A stretch of 63,948 bases of DNA, filler included, from Phoronis australis (taxonomy: Eukaryota > Animalia > Phoronida), in assembly GCA_002633005.1 (NCBI GenBank). It is 11 parts of 11 records of this genome, joined end to end, with 100 filler letters (N's around TTAATTAATTAA, not from the genome) between each part and the next. Parts side by side here need not be neighbours in the genome. Positions count along the whole stretch, not along the records: positions 56,612 to 62,775 come from NMRA01002213.1; positions 62,876 to 63,948 come from NMRA01003944.1; 9 more parts are not named here. One strand, written 5' to 3'. The first letter of the stretch is position 1, and the number at the start of each line of letters is the position of its first letter. Positions 62,385 to 63,948 of this stretch are shown here, one piece after another. The translations under genes were made by a program, and so were the position numbers. The notes under the pieces are model-generated. The model was not told the DNA's origin. It made no database searches and saw only the letters and a program-made list of their open reading frames with translations.

Positions 62385-62474
62385 TGTGAATTGGGACAGG
62401 AGCGCCACCTGGCAGCAGAGTACAAGACTCGTAATGATGACCTGAAGCAAGCCCTAGAAGGAGCACACTCTATG
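62385..62474 (+). CDS. Next exon of the coiled-coil gene CELGQERHLAAEYKTRNDDLKQALEGAHSM
   Basis: ttgccag acceptor, gtcagt donor, 90 nt, phase 0, in frame with the 61288 donor. Confidence 0.72.
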
Positions 62475-62677
62475 GTCAGTGTTATGAAAGCTCAATTGTT
62501 TTTGCCTCCAGGTTGAAACCACTCTTGCACCCATCTTACTGTTGCAAGGACATGTAACACTAAGCCTTCCCAAGTGAAGTTATGTTCATTTCAAAGGCCA
62601 TACTCTGTCTGTGGTTCGGCGTCAACATTGACTATGTCTAAAGTTATTTAGAATTACAATTTTCCCACATGGTTAAT

Positions 62678-62775
62678 CAGTATCATTGTGTTGTATGTAT
62701 CAGAGTATCATTGTGTTGTATGTATCGGAGTATCATTGTGTTGTATGTATCGGAGTATCATTGTGTTGTATGTAT
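62678..62775. repeat. 25-bp tandem repeat x4
   Basis: AGTATCATTGTGTTGTATGTATC(A/G)G. Confidence 0.9.
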
Positions 62776-62997
62776 NNNNNNNNNNNNNNNNNNNNNNNNN
62801 NNNNNNNNNNNNNNNNNNNTTAATTAATTAANNNNNNNNNNNNNNNNNNNNNNNNNNNNNNNNNNNNNNNNNNNNGATAATTCTCCAAAATCCACTCGGG
62901 CTCTAGATAACGGGGGATAACGACTTCGCCATGTAATAATCTATATGTATTGTTCAGTGTTACCATTGCTGTAAGTATTGGACAATGTGTATTGCAG

Positions 62998-63077
62998 TCG
63001 ACCACACTAGAGTGATCCTGAGCGATGGCGATCCCAATATGGCGGGTTCTGACTACATCAATGCCAACATAATAACA
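62998..63077 (+). CDS. PTPN11: SHP2/corkscrew PTP-domain exon (F)[26 protein letters not shown]
   Basis: Matches human SHP2 [27 protein letters not shown]; ttgcag acceptor, gtaagt donor; 80 nt. Confidence 0.9.
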
Positions 63078-63849
63078 GTAAGTTAGTTCAATTAACACAT
63101 CTGTCAAAATGGTCTGGCAACTGTCGCAATAACAAAGACGTTATGGTTTCTTAATCTGGTCATATGAAGTCTTTGCAAAGTTGTTGCACCTTGTTGCAGG
63201 TCAGCGTGGAGCAGACGATATAGTATATGTGAACAACCGTTTGTCTGGATGTCACACAATGTTGATGTGGTTTGATTTTGTTTGTATTTTGTACGGAATA
63301 AATGTAGGGGGGAATCTGGAGCCACCAGTTTATCTTTGTGGCCTTAATTAATAACATTTTCAAGGTCACAGCTAAAAAATCAAGTTTTTAGTTTGAGAAT
63401 GTTGGTGGGAAAGGAAGTTTTAGATTTTGTTCATATTTAGTACCGGACTGTAGGTGGGTATCTTCAGGCACCAGTCAATATGGAGTGCACTTTGTAAATT
63501 CTTATTAATTAGATAAAGTCACGACAGCGATCCTAATGGGATGAGCTCGGACTACGTCAGTGCTAGCAAAATACTGTCAGTTGGGGCTTTAGCAACTTTT
63601 GCAGCTATCAAAACCTTTGTCTCTGTTAATGGAATGCCTTTTGCAAAGTCATACTCTGGAGGTTTAAATTTATAAAACTGATAGGGTTGGTATCAATAAG
63701 GTGAAAAGCTGGAACTGTAGGGCTTCTACAAAAACTGTGATCATATCACATTTTGGTTGTGATAGACTGACCCGAAAACCTCACCTCATTTCTGGGTTGG
63801 TGGACATTCCTGAGAAAACCACAAACCTTTATTTGGCTAGTAACATGGG

Positions 63850-63948
63850 ATTTCACGCCTATACACATTACCTGATGGCGTTAAGTTCCATGCGATTTCA
63901 CGCCTATACACATTACCTGATGGCGTTAAGTTCCATGCGATTTCACGC
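63850..63948. repeat. 45-bp tandem repeat running off the window
   Basis: GATTTCACGCCTATACACATTACCTGATGGCGTTAAGTTCCATGC x2 plus a partial unit. Confidence 0.9.

Overview
Eukaryotic, AT-rich, intron-containing animal DNA; the repeat content suggests an invertebrate, possibly a lophotrochozoan, but the species cannot be determined from the sequence. The window is not one locus. Ten identical 100-bp spacers (44 N + TTAATTAATTAA + 44 N) join 11 pieces that carry unrelated partial genes. Recognisable exons: a fibrinogen-related domain gene (-), anillin (-), eIF4G2/DAP5 (5 exons, +), WDR18 (+), PTPN11/SHP2 (+), an unidentified coiled-coil exon, an unidentified coiled-coil protein with TQT motifs, and a small TATA-driven secreted-peptide gene. 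The rest is mainly mobile DNA: two Kolobok families (TTAA target, THAP/transposase remnants facing KolX remnants), piggyBac, pogo/Tc2-like and hAT-like MITEs, Helentron-type non-autonomous elements, Tx1/L1 and RTE-X-like LINE pseudogenes, and minisatellites. Best leads: the peptide-precursor gene with two overlapping exon-2 options in different frames; CTCF-consensus motif arrays carried by a Helentron-type element; a Kolobok derivative apparently built from two left ends; a Penelope-type minimal hammerhead; and a P-like excision footprint. No CRISPR array, rRNA or intact tRNA gene is supported. All homology calls rest on motif recognition from memory, not on database searches.
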